This document shows positions 9,043-16,982 of a DNA stretch of 21,926 nt, in pieces; position 1 is the first letter of the stretch; the number at the start of each line of letters is the position of its first letter. The stretch lies in IMG/VR virus record IMGVR_UViG_2585427776_000012. The stretch is one strand, 5' to 3'. Source of the stretch: a virus. Its lineage: Duplodnaviria; Heunggongvirae; Uroviricota; Caudoviricetes. The notes beneath the pieces are model-generated. The model searched no databases and was not told the origin of the DNA. It saw only the letters and a list, made by a program, of their open reading frames with translations. A program made the position numbers and the translations under genes.

Positions 9043-10065
9043 ATGCCCTGTATTTCGCTGTGGTATAATAGTTGCGCAATTGATACAAGGGAGCGTTACA
9101 TCGTGAAAATTGTTTTCGAGGTTAATGGAAAGAAAGTTCCACTAAAATCTTTAAAATACATAAGCAAAAAAGATCAACTCGAAGTAATGAAAAACTGGTT
9201 CTTTGAAAACTTTGAAGATCCGGCAAATGCTTGTCCGTATGAAAGTAGAGAAGGTGGCTATGCTTACATATATGGCGGGCCGTATGATGCGAGCGAAGAA
9301 CTACAATCCATCTTCGGTCAATATGTTAAATCTGAGTATATTGAGGAATTAGTAGATGAATTACAAACACAATGTTTTGACTGGTCTGGAAACTCAAATA
9401 ATATAGATGATTGGTACGATGATGATATCTACGACGCTGTAACGTCTTCCGGTAATCCGTATTTAAAATTCATTGATAATATCGATAAAATAAAAAAACT
9501 TGCAAAAGATAAAACTGAACAACAGCAAAAAAAACACTTGCTTAGTTTGCTCTACACGAATGTTATTACAGCTTTGGAAACGCTTTATGTTGAGCTATTC
9601 ATTAATTCTATAGAGAAAGATGATGTCTACATAGCCAATTGTATAGAAAAAGGTAAGACTGAATTTAAAGTAAGCAAAGATATTGCTGCGTTGCCTTTCA
9701 AGGGTGAACCCATCGAGAAAATTAGGGGAGAGCTAATCAGGTCAATCAAGGAACACTTGATCAGTGCAAGCTGGCATAGCACTAAAAAGGTAATCGACCG
9801 CTATGAAGCTACATTCGATATAAAAGTACAAAAAGACTGTCCGATAGAAGCTATTGAATTGGCAACCCTCAATCGAAATCACTTAGTGCATCGTGGTGGA
9901 AAGGATAAAGAAGGGAACCTCGTAGTGATTACAGACCAGGATCTTGAAACGCTGATTGAAAATGCATCGAACCTGGCAATTATGCTCTACAACAGTTTAA
10001 ATGTAGCAACGAATAAAACCACCATTTTGCAACCAGATGACAAACCGTTCATTCATGAATTTTAA
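9043..10065 (+). CDS. AT-rich cargo gene A: protein with C-terminal HEPN-like Rx4H motif (putative RNase / abortive-infection effector)
   Basis: ATG at 9043 with AAGGAGG 5 nt upstream; alternative GTG start at 9103 with AAGGGAG upstream and an extended -10 (TGGTATAAT, 9061-9069). Sharp drop to roughly one-third GC (by eye). C-terminal helical region carries LNRNHLVHRGG, matching the HEPN R-[N]-x3-H signature. Confidence 0.6.
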   Translation: MPCISLWYNSCAIDTRERYIVKIVFEVNGKKVPLKSLKYISKKDQLEVMKNWFFENFEDPANACPYESREGGYAYIYGGPYDASEELQSIFGQYVKSEYIEELVDELQTQCFDWSGNSNNIDDWYDDDIYDAVTSSGNPYLKFIDNIDKIKKLAKDKTEQQQKKHLLSLLYTNVITALETLYVELFINSIEKDDVYIANCIEKGKTEFKVSKDIAALPFKGEPIEKIRGELIRSIKEHLISASWHSTKKVIDRYEATFDIKVQKDCPIEAIELATLNRNHLVHRGGKDKEGNLVVITDQDLETLIENASNLAIMLYNSLNVATNKTTILQPDDKPFIHEF

Positions 10066-10080
10066 TAGCGCAGGTCATAC

Positions 10081-11082
10081 ATGGATATTCGCACACGAAA
10101 GACAAAATTTTTAGAGTCGTTAGATTCAACTGAAGTGATACGCAAAGCAGTAAGTCTCGCTATAGATTGCATTATTGATAATCATAATAGTAATGAAGAT
10201 ACCCCCTTAGTTATTACCAGCTATGATGATCTCTGTAGAATCCAGGTGCTAAATTATGTACAGGAGTTTTGCGAAGCTGCATTCCCTGATATGGATGAAT
10301 ATTACTTTAGTCCTAACATACTTCGCATCAACGGCAAGACTAGTGAAGAAGCTTGTATTAACTTAATTAAACTCTTAAGAAGTACAAAAGGCATGCTATT
10401 CTGGTCCGATGCCCCATCGTGGTTCGCTAGCCTCCCCGACGGATTATTCCATGTTGTTAACATTGATCAAAAAATCGTTACTCGCGGCCTTAATAAGAAA
10501 AACTCTAAGCCGACAATAATCAATAAAGATTACAGTGTAGATACACTACTATCAGAGCTATTTTTGAATGGCGCACACATGGAGCAATCCAACGTACACA
10601 ACGTTTCTGAGGGAAACATGAAGTTCTATGATGAATGCCATGCTGGATTAATCAGACCAATACCCGCTCCAATAGGCGCGTCATACGATGAAGAGATCAC
10701 AATTAATTCTCCAGATTGGCAAAAGCTCGCGTGTGTAGCTTTACGCCGCTATCAGTCGAAGGAATGTCATGACGGAATGCAATGGGATACAACCGATCAT
10801 GGTTGGACTGATGTAATCGCGTATCCATTCGTCGAAGAAATACAATCAATGGATAATAGTGGTTATCGACAATGTTTAGTTGGGCTGGTCACAATAAACA
10901 ATTCAAATGCAAATTCTCCGTACCTATCTACCGTTTGGATACATCCATTTTATCGCAGGAGAGGGTTATTAAGTAAGTTATGGCCAAAATTACAAGAGTT
11001 ATATGGAAGTAACTTCGAAATTGAGCGACCTAATGAAAATATGAAAGCATTTCTGAAAAGTGCGAAACACGCAGATTACTAA
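10081..11082 (+). CDS. AT-rich cargo gene B: protein with C-terminal GNAT-fold acetyltransferase-like domain
   Basis: 333-aa ORF 15 bp after gene A, same AT-rich composition. C-terminal IHPFYRRRGLLSKLWPKL fits GNAT motif A (acetyl-CoA binding R/Q-x-x-G-x-G/A). N-terminal ~220 aa unrecognised. Confidence 0.6.
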   Translation: MDIRTRKTKFLESLDSTEVIRKAVSLAIDCIIDNHNSNEDTPLVITSYDDLCRIQVLNYVQEFCEAAFPDMDEYYFSPNILRINGKTSEEACINLIKLLRSTKGMLFWSDAPSWFASLPDGLFHVVNIDQKIVTRGLNKKNSKPTIINKDYSVDTLLSELFLNGAHMEQSNVHNVSEGNMKFYDECHAGLIRPIPAPIGASYDEEITINSPDWQKLACVALRRYQSKECHDGMQWDTTDHGWTDVIAYPFVEEIQSMDNSGYRQCLVGLVTINNSNANSPYLSTVWIHPFYRRRGLLSKLWPKLQELYGSNFEIERPNENMKAFLKSAKHADY

Positions 11083-11398
11083 TTTATGAATCAGTCTGTG
11101 GAGTTAGGGTTGGTGTCAACAAGTAGGGTAAGAGCCTCAACGTGATGCTATGCCGACCTGCTCCCTGAGAATTCACACAGAAGGCTGCTAGCAATGTCTG
11201 CAGATCGCTCAAAGCGGACTAGAAGGTTAGCTTGCGTCGGACTTGGCGTATTTAAAGAAGTGCTGGTGGTGACTGGTTGTTGTGTTCCATTTCTACAGAA
11301 CAAAATCACAGAAACTATACCCAATAGTTATATTGAATCAATGATGAGACAGCCTCATATTTATCAGAACTGGTGTACGTCCAATACAGGAGGTTGTC

Positions 11399-11488
11399 GT
11401 GCTGGTTCTCAAATGTGCGCTAGCTATTGCGGCTGTAATGGCAATTTATTGTCTTGCTGTTGTTCTTATGGATCGCCTTTCTGATTGA
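11399..11488 (+). CDS. Candidate small hydrophobic peptide (29 aa) just upstream of the hok promoter
   Basis: AGGAGG (11388-11393) 5 nt before GTG at 11399. Product VLVLKCALAIAAVMAIYCLAVVLMDRLSD is a single predicted transmembrane helix. Overlaps the 3' end of a Cys-rich 96-aa ORF in another frame, so only one, or neither, may be real. Confidence 0.25.
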   Translation: MLVLKCALAIAAVMAIYCLAVVLMDRLSD

Positions 11489-11569
11489 TTTTATATTGGC
11501 GAGGTGACGGGAGTTAAGTAGAATTGCTGCGGGTGCTTGAGGCTATCTGCCTCAGGCATGAACACCAAA

Positions 11570-11650
11570 GGCAGATAGAGAAAAGCCCCAGTTAATATTA
11601 CGCGTCCTGCAAGACGCTTAACATTAATCTGAGGCTCAATCTATGAACGG
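11570..11650 (-). ncRNA. sok: Predicted Sok-like antisense RNA (position inferred, boundaries approximate)
   Basis: In hok/sok loci the antisense RNA is transcribed opposite to the hok leader across the mok translation start. Placed by analogy; promoter not confidently identified. Confidence 0.3.
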
Positions 11651-11699
11651 CAAATCTAGGTTAGCCTCTTACGTGCCGAAAGGCAAGGAGAAGCAGGCT

Positions 11700-11855
11700 A
11701 TGAAGCAGCAAAAGGCGATGTTAATCGCCCTGATCGTCATCTGTTTAACCGTCATAGTGACGGCACTGGTAACGAGGAAAGACCTCTGCGAGGTACGAAT
11801 CCGAACCGGCCAGACGGAGGTCGCTGTCTTCACAGTTTACGAACCTGAGGAGTAA
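11700..11855 (+). CDS. hok: Hok-family type I toxin (in-frame upstream extension from 11643 = mok-like leader ORF)
   Basis: Product MKQQKAMLIALIVICLTVIVTALVTRKDLCEVRIRTGQTEVAVFTVYEPEE matches the Hok/Gef family as recalled. Upstream leader GGGTGCTTGAGGCTATCTGCCTCAGG resembles the conserved hok mRNA 5' end. Intrinsic terminator downstream. Confidence 0.85.
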   Translation: MKQQKAMLIALIVICLTVIVTALVTRKDLCEVRIRTGQTEVAVFTVYEPEE

Positions 11856-11920
11856 GAGACCCGGCGGGGGAGAAATCCCTCGCCACCTCTGATGTGTCAG
11901 GCATCCTCAACGCACCCGCA

Positions 11921-11946
11921 CTTAACCCGCTTCGGCGGGTTTTGTT
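11921..11946 (+). terminator. Rho-independent terminator of the hok transcript
   Basis: ACCCGCTTCGGCGGGT hairpin followed by TTTTGTTTTTT. Confidence 0.75.
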
Positions 11947-12022
11947 TTTTCCTGGCATTCTGGTTTACAATTCGCACGTCAGCCTGAACACCTGACACCT
12001 GCTGCGCCAGCAGAGAAAACAG

Positions 12023-12295
12023 ATGGCGCACAAAACCAAATTTCACAATTCTGATACCGACCTTGCCATCCGGCATGAGCGGCGTTCACACGCATTTAAA
12101 ACCGACTGGTACCAACACCCACCATGTACTGAAGAACAGGCCGAATGGCTGATTCATAACTACCGCAGACGTGGATATGAGTTTAGGAAAGCCCTCAGCC
12201 TCGATTATCGTCACTGGATAATCTCCGTCAGGCTTCCTTACTCCGAACGCCCACCGCGTCCGTCCCGCACATTCCAGCAACGCATCTGGAGGTAA
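12023..12295 (+). CDS. Hypothetical nin-region protein (90 aa)
   Basis: ORF between hok and the YdfU-like gene; stop overlaps the RBS/start of the next gene. No recognisable motif. Confidence 0.5.
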   Translation: MAHKTKFHNSDTDLAIRHERRSHAFKTDWYQHPPCTEEQAEWLIHNYRRRGYEFRKALSLDYRHWIISVRLPYSERPPRPSRTFQQRIWR

Positions 12296-12296
12296 C

Positions 12297-13343
12297 GTGC
12301 GGGTATTACTTCGACCTGTTCTGGTACCGGAACTCGGGCTGGTGATCGTTAAGCCGGGCCGTGAATCCATGCCGGTATTCCACAATACCCGGGTACTGGT
12401 GGAGCCGGAACCGAAAAGCATGCGTAATCTGCCGTCCGGGGTCGTTCCTGCCGTTCGCCAGCCGCTGGTGGAAGACAAAACATTGCTGCCGTTTTTCAGT
12501 AACGCACGGGTAATTCGTGCTGCTGGTGGTGCTGGTGCATTGTCTGACTGGCTGTTGCGCAATATTAAATCCTGCCAGTGGCCACACGGCGATTATCATC
12601 ACAGCGAAACCGTTATTCACCGTTATGGTACCGGCGCAATGGTGTTGTGCTGGCACTGCGACAACCAGCTGCGTGACCAGACATCCGAATCACTCGGGCA
12701 ACTTGCTCATCAAAACCTGTCAGCATGGATGATTGACGTCATCGGTCACGCAATAAGCGGTACGCAGGAGCGTGAATTATCTCTGGCTGAATTATCCTGG
12801 TGGGCGGTCCGCAATCAGGTGGCGGACGCGCTACCGGAAGCGGTATTACGTCGTTCGCTGGGGTTGCGTGCGGAAAAAATCCGCTCAATGTACCGTGAAA
12901 GCGACATCGTACCGGGAGAGCAGACCGCCACCAGCATACTGAAGCAGCGCACAAAAAATCTTGCGCCGCTGCCTCACCCCCACCAGCAAACCCCGCCACA
13001 GGAAGAGACGGTGGTCAGCATTGCCGTTGATCCTGAGTCTCCGGAATCTTTCATGAAACGACCTAAACGTCGCCGCTGGGTTAACGAGAAATACACACGC
13101 TGGGTGAAGACACAGCCGTGTGCGTGTTGTGGTAAGCCAGCCGACGATCCCCATCACCTGATTGGTCATGGTCAGGGCGGAATGGGGACAAAATCTCACG
13201 ATATTTTCACGCTACCGCTGTGTCGGGAGCATCACAACGAGCTTCATGCGGATCCTCTGGCGTTCGAAGAAAAGCATGGTTCTCAGGTTGATTTAATTTT
13301 TCGTTTTCTTGATCACGCCTTTGCAACTGGCGTGCTTGGGTAA
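12297..13343 (+). CDS. YdfU-like (DUF968) prophage protein with C-terminal Cys/His (HNH-like) motif
   Basis: GTG start with GGAGG 6 nt upstream. C-terminus CACCGKPADDPHHLIGHGQGG...CREHHNELH. Recalled as similar to Qin prophage YdfU; in Qin, hokD and ydfU are also neighbours. Confidence 0.65.
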   Translation: MRVLLRPVLVPELGLVIVKPGRESMPVFHNTRVLVEPEPKSMRNLPSGVVPAVRQPLVEDKTLLPFFSNARVIRAAGGAGALSDWLLRNIKSCQWPHGDYHHSETVIHRYGTGAMVLCWHCDNQLRDQTSESLGQLAHQNLSAWMIDVIGHAISGTQERELSLAELSWWAVRNQVADALPEAVLRRSLGLRAEKIRSMYRESDIVPGEQTATSILKQRTKNLAPLPHPHQQTPPQEETVVSIAVDPESPESFMKRPKRRRWVNEKYTRWVKTQPCACCGKPADDPHHLIGHGQGGMGTKSHDIFTLPLCREHHNELHADPLAFEEKHGSQVDLIFRFLDHAFATGVLG

Positions 13344-13355
13344 AAGAGGTGACTG

Positions 13356-13730
13356 ATGCTCATAGATTTGGTTTTACCTTACCCGCCGACGGTGAACACT
13401 TACTGGCGACGCCGTGGCAGCACATATTTTGTATCAAAAGCCGGGGAGCGTTATCGCCGGGCAGTGGCGCTTATTGTTCGCCAGCAGCGGCTGAAATTAA
13501 GCCTGTCCGGAAGGCTGGCGATAAAGGTGATTGCAGAGCCACCGGATAAGCGTCGTCGCGACCTGGACAATATCCTGAAAGCACCGCTGGATGCGCTGAC
13601 GCATGCGGGAGTGTTAATGGACGATGAGCAGTTTGATGAAATCAATATCGTTCGTGGTCAGCCAGTATCTGGTGGACGTCTGGGGGTGAAGATTTACCCC
13701 ATAATGCTTGAAGGGCAGGTCAAAAAATGA
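13356..13730 (+). CDS. rusA: RusA-family Holliday junction resolvase
   Basis: 124 aa. Motifs YWRRRG and DKRRRDLDNILKAPLDALTHAGVLMDDEQ match RusA (DRRRRDLDN...DALT) as recalled. Typical position just upstream of Q. Confidence 0.85.
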   Translation: MLIDLVLPYPPTVNTYWRRRGSTYFVSKAGERYRRAVALIVRQQRLKLSLSGRLAIKVIAEPPDKRRRDLDNILKAPLDALTHAGVLMDDEQFDEINIVRGQPVSGGRLGVKIYPIMLEGQVKK

Positions 13731-14548
13731 AACTGGAAGATTTACCGAAATACTACTCCCCAAAATCCCCCGGCCTGACTGATGCATCGGCCTCAACGTC
13801 GAAAGATGCGCTGAGTATCACTGATGTGATGGCCGCGCAGGGCATGACACAGAATCGGGCTGAGATGGGGTTTTCTGCGTTCCTTGGTAAAATGGGCATT
13901 AGTATGAATGACAGAGAGCGGGCAACAGAATTGCTGACAGAATATGCACTCAGTCGGTGTGATCGCGTGGCGGCGTTAAGAAAACTCCCGGCAGAAATAA
14001 AACCGGCAGTGATGCGTATTATGGCTTCGTATGCGTTTGAAGATTATGCCCGTAGCGCGGCGAGCAAAAAACAGTGCCCCTGCTGTCACGGAAAAAAATT
14101 TATTGAAAGCGAGGTTTTTACAAACAAGGTCCAGTATCCGGATGGTAAGCCGCCGGTATGGGCAAAGTGTACGAAAGGTGTGTATCCGTCTTACTGGGAA
14201 GAATGGAAAAAAGTCAGGGAGGTGGTAAAAGTTGCCTGTCCGGAGTGTGGCGGAAAGGGTGAGGTTTCCACCGCCTGTAAGGATTGCCGTGGGCGTGGTG
14301 TCGCCATTCATCGTGAAGAGTCGGTAAAACGTGGTATGCCTGTTATCAGAGACTGCCAGCGTTGTGGTGGTCGTGGCTGTGAAAGACTACCATCAACGGA
14401 GGCATTTAATGCCATATGCAAAGTGACGAGTGCTATCACGCTTGATACGTGGAAAAAATCAGTGAAACGCTTTTACGATACGTTGGTGGTTCGGTTTGAC
14501 ATTGAAGAGGCATGGGCGGAGCGGCAGTTAAAGAGGGTAACGCGATAG
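13727..14548 (+). CDS. Late-gene antiterminator Q (long, zinc-binding Q type)
   Basis: Start overlaps the rusA stop (ATGA). Several CxxC pairs (CPCCHG, CPECGG, CKDCRG, CQRCGG). Followed by a pR'-like promoter and short-transcript terminator. Confidence 0.75.
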   Translation: MKLEDLPKYYSPKSPGLTDASASTSKDALSITDVMAAQGMTQNRAEMGFSAFLGKMGISMNDRERATELLTEYALSRCDRVAALRKLPAEIKPAVMRIMASYAFEDYARSAASKKQCPCCHGKKFIESEVFTNKVQYPDGKPPVWAKCTKGVYPSYWEEWKKVREVVKVACPECGGKGEVSTACKDCRGRGVAIHREESVKRGMPVIRDCQRCGGRGCERLPSTEAFNAICKVTSAITLDTWKKSVKRFYDTLVVRFDIEEAWAERQLKRVTR

Positions 14549-14553
14549 TGTTG

Positions 14554-14581
14554 TTGATTTTTCCCGAATCTGTGGTAAATT
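14554..14581 (+). promoter_or_regulatory. pR'-like late promoter (Q utilisation region)
   Basis: TTGATT, 16-bp spacer, TAAATT immediately downstream of Q; an intrinsic terminator lies about 50 nt downstream, as for lambdoid pR'/tR'. Confidence 0.45.
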
Positions 14582-14628
14582 TGCTCTAACGATGGGCGTT
14601 TTATGCCTGACGTTAGAAGATTTTTTAC

Positions 14629-14653
14629 ACCCCGCCGCCTGGCGGGTTTTTTA
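14629..14653 (+). terminator. tR'-like intrinsic terminator
   Basis: CCCGCC-GCCT-GGCGGG hairpin followed by TTTTTT. Confidence 0.7.
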
Positions 14654-14774
14654 TGACTGAAATCGCGTCAGTACAGTAAACGCGCTGGTGGCGGTGAATA
14701 CCTGTCTTTCAGCTTGCTGGCTTTTTCGACAAGAGTTATTGGTGTGTCACGTTAACCGGAAAAGGGAAAAAGAC

Positions 14775-14972
14775 ATGCTAAAACAGCAGGATATGACAGA
14801 AACCGCCAGAGTAGTGTTTAATGAATTAAGCGTTACCGAACCGGCGACAGTCGGGGAGATTGCACAGAATACTTACCTTTCACGCGAACGCTGCCAGTTA
14901 ATACTGACCCAGCTGGTTATGGCGGGTCTGGCAGACTATCAGTTCGGTTGTTACAGACGCCTTCCGCAGTGA
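14775..14972 (+). CDS. Small putative HTH/winged-helix protein (65 aa)
   Basis: ATG at 14775 with AAGGGA upstream. Segment VGEIAQNTYLSRERCQLILTQL is HTH-like. The ORF track's longer version starting at 14688 lacks an RBS. Confidence 0.5.
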   Translation: MLKQQDMTETARVVFNELSVTEPATVGEIAQNTYLSRERCQLILTQLVMAGLADYQFGCYRRLPQ

Positions 14973-14976
14973 AGGC
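14944..14976 (+). terminator. Intrinsic terminator overlapping the stop of the small HTH gene
   Basis: GCCTTC-CGCAGT-GAAGGC hairpin followed by TTTTTTATTT. A second 11-bp inverted repeat (GCTGGTGGGTG ... CACCCACCAGC) follows at about 14998-15030. Confidence 0.6.
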
Positions 14977-15122
14977 TTTTTTATTTGTGGTAAATGGGCG
15001 GCTGGTGGGTGTTAGGGGCACCCACCAGCCATCTGCTCATGCGTTGGGTTCACAAGCAAACCTCAGGCCCACTGCTTTGCGCAAAAGCAGAATGAGCCTA
15101 TCAGAGACAGGCTTAATGATCC

Positions 15123-16172
15123 ATGCTTAATACTGTAAAAATATCCAGTTGTGAGTTAATCAACGCCGACTGCCTGGAATTTATCCGGTCGTTACCCGAA
15201 AATTCTGTTGACCTGATAGTCACGGACCCGCCGTACTTTAAAGTGAAGCCTGAGGGCTGGGATAACCAGTGGAAGGGCGACGATGATTACCTGAAGTGGC
15301 TGGACCAGTGTCTGGCGCAGTTCTGGCGGGTGCTGAAACCTGCCGGAAGTCTTTACCTGTTCTGTGGTCATCGCCGGGCATCTGATATCGAAATCATGAT
15401 GCGTGAACGCTTCAGTGTGCTGAACCATATTATCTGGGCGAAGCCGTCCGGACGCTGGAACGGATGCAACAAGGAAAGCCTGCGGGCGTATTCCCCCGCC
15501 ACAGAGCGCATTCTGTTCGCGGAACATTATCAGGGGCCGTATCGTCCGAAAGATGCCGGGTATGCGGCGAAGGGCAGTGCACTGAAACAGCATGTGATGG
15601 CCCCGCTGATTTCTTACTTTCGTGATGCGCGCGCGGCCCTGGGGATAACGGCAAAACAGATTGCAGATGCCACAGGAAAGAAAAACATGGTGTCGCACTG
15701 GTTCAGTGCCAGTCAGTGGCAGCTACCGAACGAAAGCGATTATCTGAAATTACAGTCGCTGTTTGCCCGGGTGGCAGAAGAGAAACATCAGCGCGGTGAA
15801 CTGGAAAAGCCCCACCACCAGCTGGTGGATACGTATACGTCACTGAACCGGCAGTATGTGGAGCTGCAGAGTGAATATAAGCATCTGCGGCGGTATTTTG
15901 GTGTGACGGCGCAGGTGCCGTACACGGATGTGTGGACACATAAACCGGTGCAGTTCTATCCCGGGAAACATCCGTGCGAAAAACCGGCAGAAATGCTGCA
16001 GCAGATAATCAGCGCAAGCAGTCGTCCGGGTGACCTGGTTGCAGATTTTTTTATGGGCTCAGGTTCAACGGTAAAAGCGGCACTGGCGCTCGGGCGTCGT
16101 GCGATTGGCGTTGAACTGGAGACCGGACGTTTTGAGCAGACAGTCAGGGAAGTTCAGGATTTAATCGTTTGA
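15123..16172 (+). CDS. Orphan DNA methyltransferase (beta-class amino-methyltransferase, N6-adenine or N4-cytosine)
   Basis: Motif IV VTDPPY near the N-terminus and motif I DFFMGSGST near the C-terminus (beta-class order). No adjacent restriction endonuclease. Same position as the methyltransferase of Stx-type phages. Confidence 0.85.
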   Translation: MLNTVKISSCELINADCLEFIRSLPENSVDLIVTDPPYFKVKPEGWDNQWKGDDDYLKWLDQCLAQFWRVLKPAGSLYLFCGHRRASDIEIMMRERFSVLNHIIWAKPSGRWNGCNKESLRAYSPATERILFAEHYQGPYRPKDAGYAAKGSALKQHVMAPLISYFRDARAALGITAKQIADATGKKNMVSHWFSASQWQLPNESDYLKLQSLFARVAEEKHQRGELEKPHHQLVDTYTSLNRQYVELQSEYKHLRRYFGVTAQVPYTDVWTHKPVQFYPGKHPCEKPAEMLQQIISASSRPGDLVADFFMGSGSTVKAALALGRRAIGVELETGRFEQTVREVQDLIV

Positions 16173-16221
16173 AACGGATGAGATTGCAGAATTAATTACG
16201 CACCATTATTATTCTGCTCCC

Positions 16222-16297
16222 GGCCCTTTAGCTCAGTGGTGAGAGCGAGCGACTCATAATCGCCAGGTCGCTGGTTCAAATCCAGCAAGGGCCACCA
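16222..16297 (+). tRNA. tRNA-Ile2 (anticodon CAT, lysidine type; a Met reading is not excluded by sequence alone)
   Basis: Cloverleaf by eye: acceptor GGCCCTT/AAGGGCC, D-arm GCTC...GAGC, anticodon loop CTCATAA, T-loop TTCAAAT, encoded CCA. Closely resembles E. coli ileX as recalled. Confidence 0.8.
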
Positions 16298-16304
16298 TCA
16301 CATA

Positions 16305-16381
16305 CCGCCATTAGCTCATCAGGAAAGAGCGCCAGCCTTCGAAGCTGGTTGCGCGGAGTTCGGGTCCCCGAAGGCGGTCCA
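16305..16381 (+). tRNA. tRNA-Arg (anticodon read as TCG; one mismatch each in acceptor and T stems)
   Basis: Anticodon stem CCAGC/GCTGG with loop CTTCGAA, D-arm GCTC/GAGC, encoded CCA. Anticodon read by eye and should be confirmed with a tRNA scanner. Confidence 0.6.
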
Positions 16382-16394
16382 TTATCTGTATCCT

Positions 16395-16471
16395 GCGTTG
16401 TTAGCTCAGCCGGACAGAGCAATTGCCTTCTAAGCAATCGGTCACTGGTTCGAATCCAGTACAACGCGCCA
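16395..16471 (+). tRNA. tRNA-Arg (anticodon TCT, reads the rare AGA codon)
   Basis: Acceptor GCGTTGT/ACAACGC, anticodon stem ATTGC/GCAAT with loop CTTCTAA, T-loop TTCGAAT, discriminator G, encoded CCA. Confidence 0.8.
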
Positions 16472-16513
16472 CACTTATTTTCCCTGGCTCGCTTTTGCGG
16501 GCTTTTTTTTAAA

Positions 16514-16732
16514 TGTCTCACAATTCAGGCGGTTGACTGTTGTCTGGTTTGCGGGGAGTTTGTTAAAAGAAACTGGCATGGTGAATCCCCCTGTGCGGAG
16601 GGGCAATCAGCGAGTAGGTATATGGGATAATCGCGGATTCAGGTGCTGGTACTGAATTCACCGGGAGGCACCCGGCACCATGCAATGGCACATAGCGCCA
16701 CTCTCCAGCCCCTCTCCGGAGGGGCTTTTCTG
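16514..16732 (+). repeat. Structured non-coding element, copy 1 (candidate prophage sRNA gene with intrinsic terminator)
   Basis: Shares with copy 2: CTCACAATTCAG, TTGAC box, CATGGTGAAT + CCCCCT..GCGGAGGGG hairpin, TGAA-TCACCGGGAGGCACCCGGCACCATG, and terminator AGCCCCTCTCCGGAGGGGCTTTT (16707-16729). Central segment differs. No credible ORF. Confidence 0.55.
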
Positions 16733-16920
16733 TGCCGGATACATCACAGTTTCTGGAACCTTAGGTACTACAGTATCAGTCAGGGTGCTATATTTTCAGA
16801 TGTGATGAAAGCCTGTCAGCAGGCAGGGCGTATCGGAAATGACCCAGTAGAGAAAACGTTGACTCAGATACCGGTGCTGAGTTACCGGGAAACCGGCATC
16901 ACATGACCGCTATCCTTCCA

Positions 16921-16948
16921 GGCCCATCCGCTCCGGTGGGCCTTTTTA
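16921..16948 (+). terminator. Intrinsic terminator between the two repeat copies
   Basis: GGCCCATCCGCTCCGGTGGGCC hairpin followed by TTTTT. Ends a short unit that starts at an extended -10 (TGCTATATT, about 16780). Confidence 0.65.
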
Positions 16949-16982
16949 CTGCAGAAAACAGGTTCCCCGTTAAATGCTATGT

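Noticed and set aside
11194-11484. 96-aa ORF with Cys-rich C-terminus as a possible bacteriocin-like peptide
   Set aside because: Weak start context, overlaps a better-initiated small ORF in another frame, and the Cys richness can arise from the T/G-rich sequence; kept only as a note within a finding.
12086-13199. Minus-strand ORFs (158, 116 and 104 aa) overlapping the YdfU-like gene
   Set aside because: Entirely antisense to a well-supported plus-strand gene, with no RBS and low-complexity translations.
16807-16908. 33-aa ORF (MKACQQAGRIGNDPVEKTLTQIPVLSYRETGIT) between the two ncRNA-like copies
   Set aside because: No Shine-Dalgarno sequence and it ends inside a terminator; more likely part of a short non-coding transcript.
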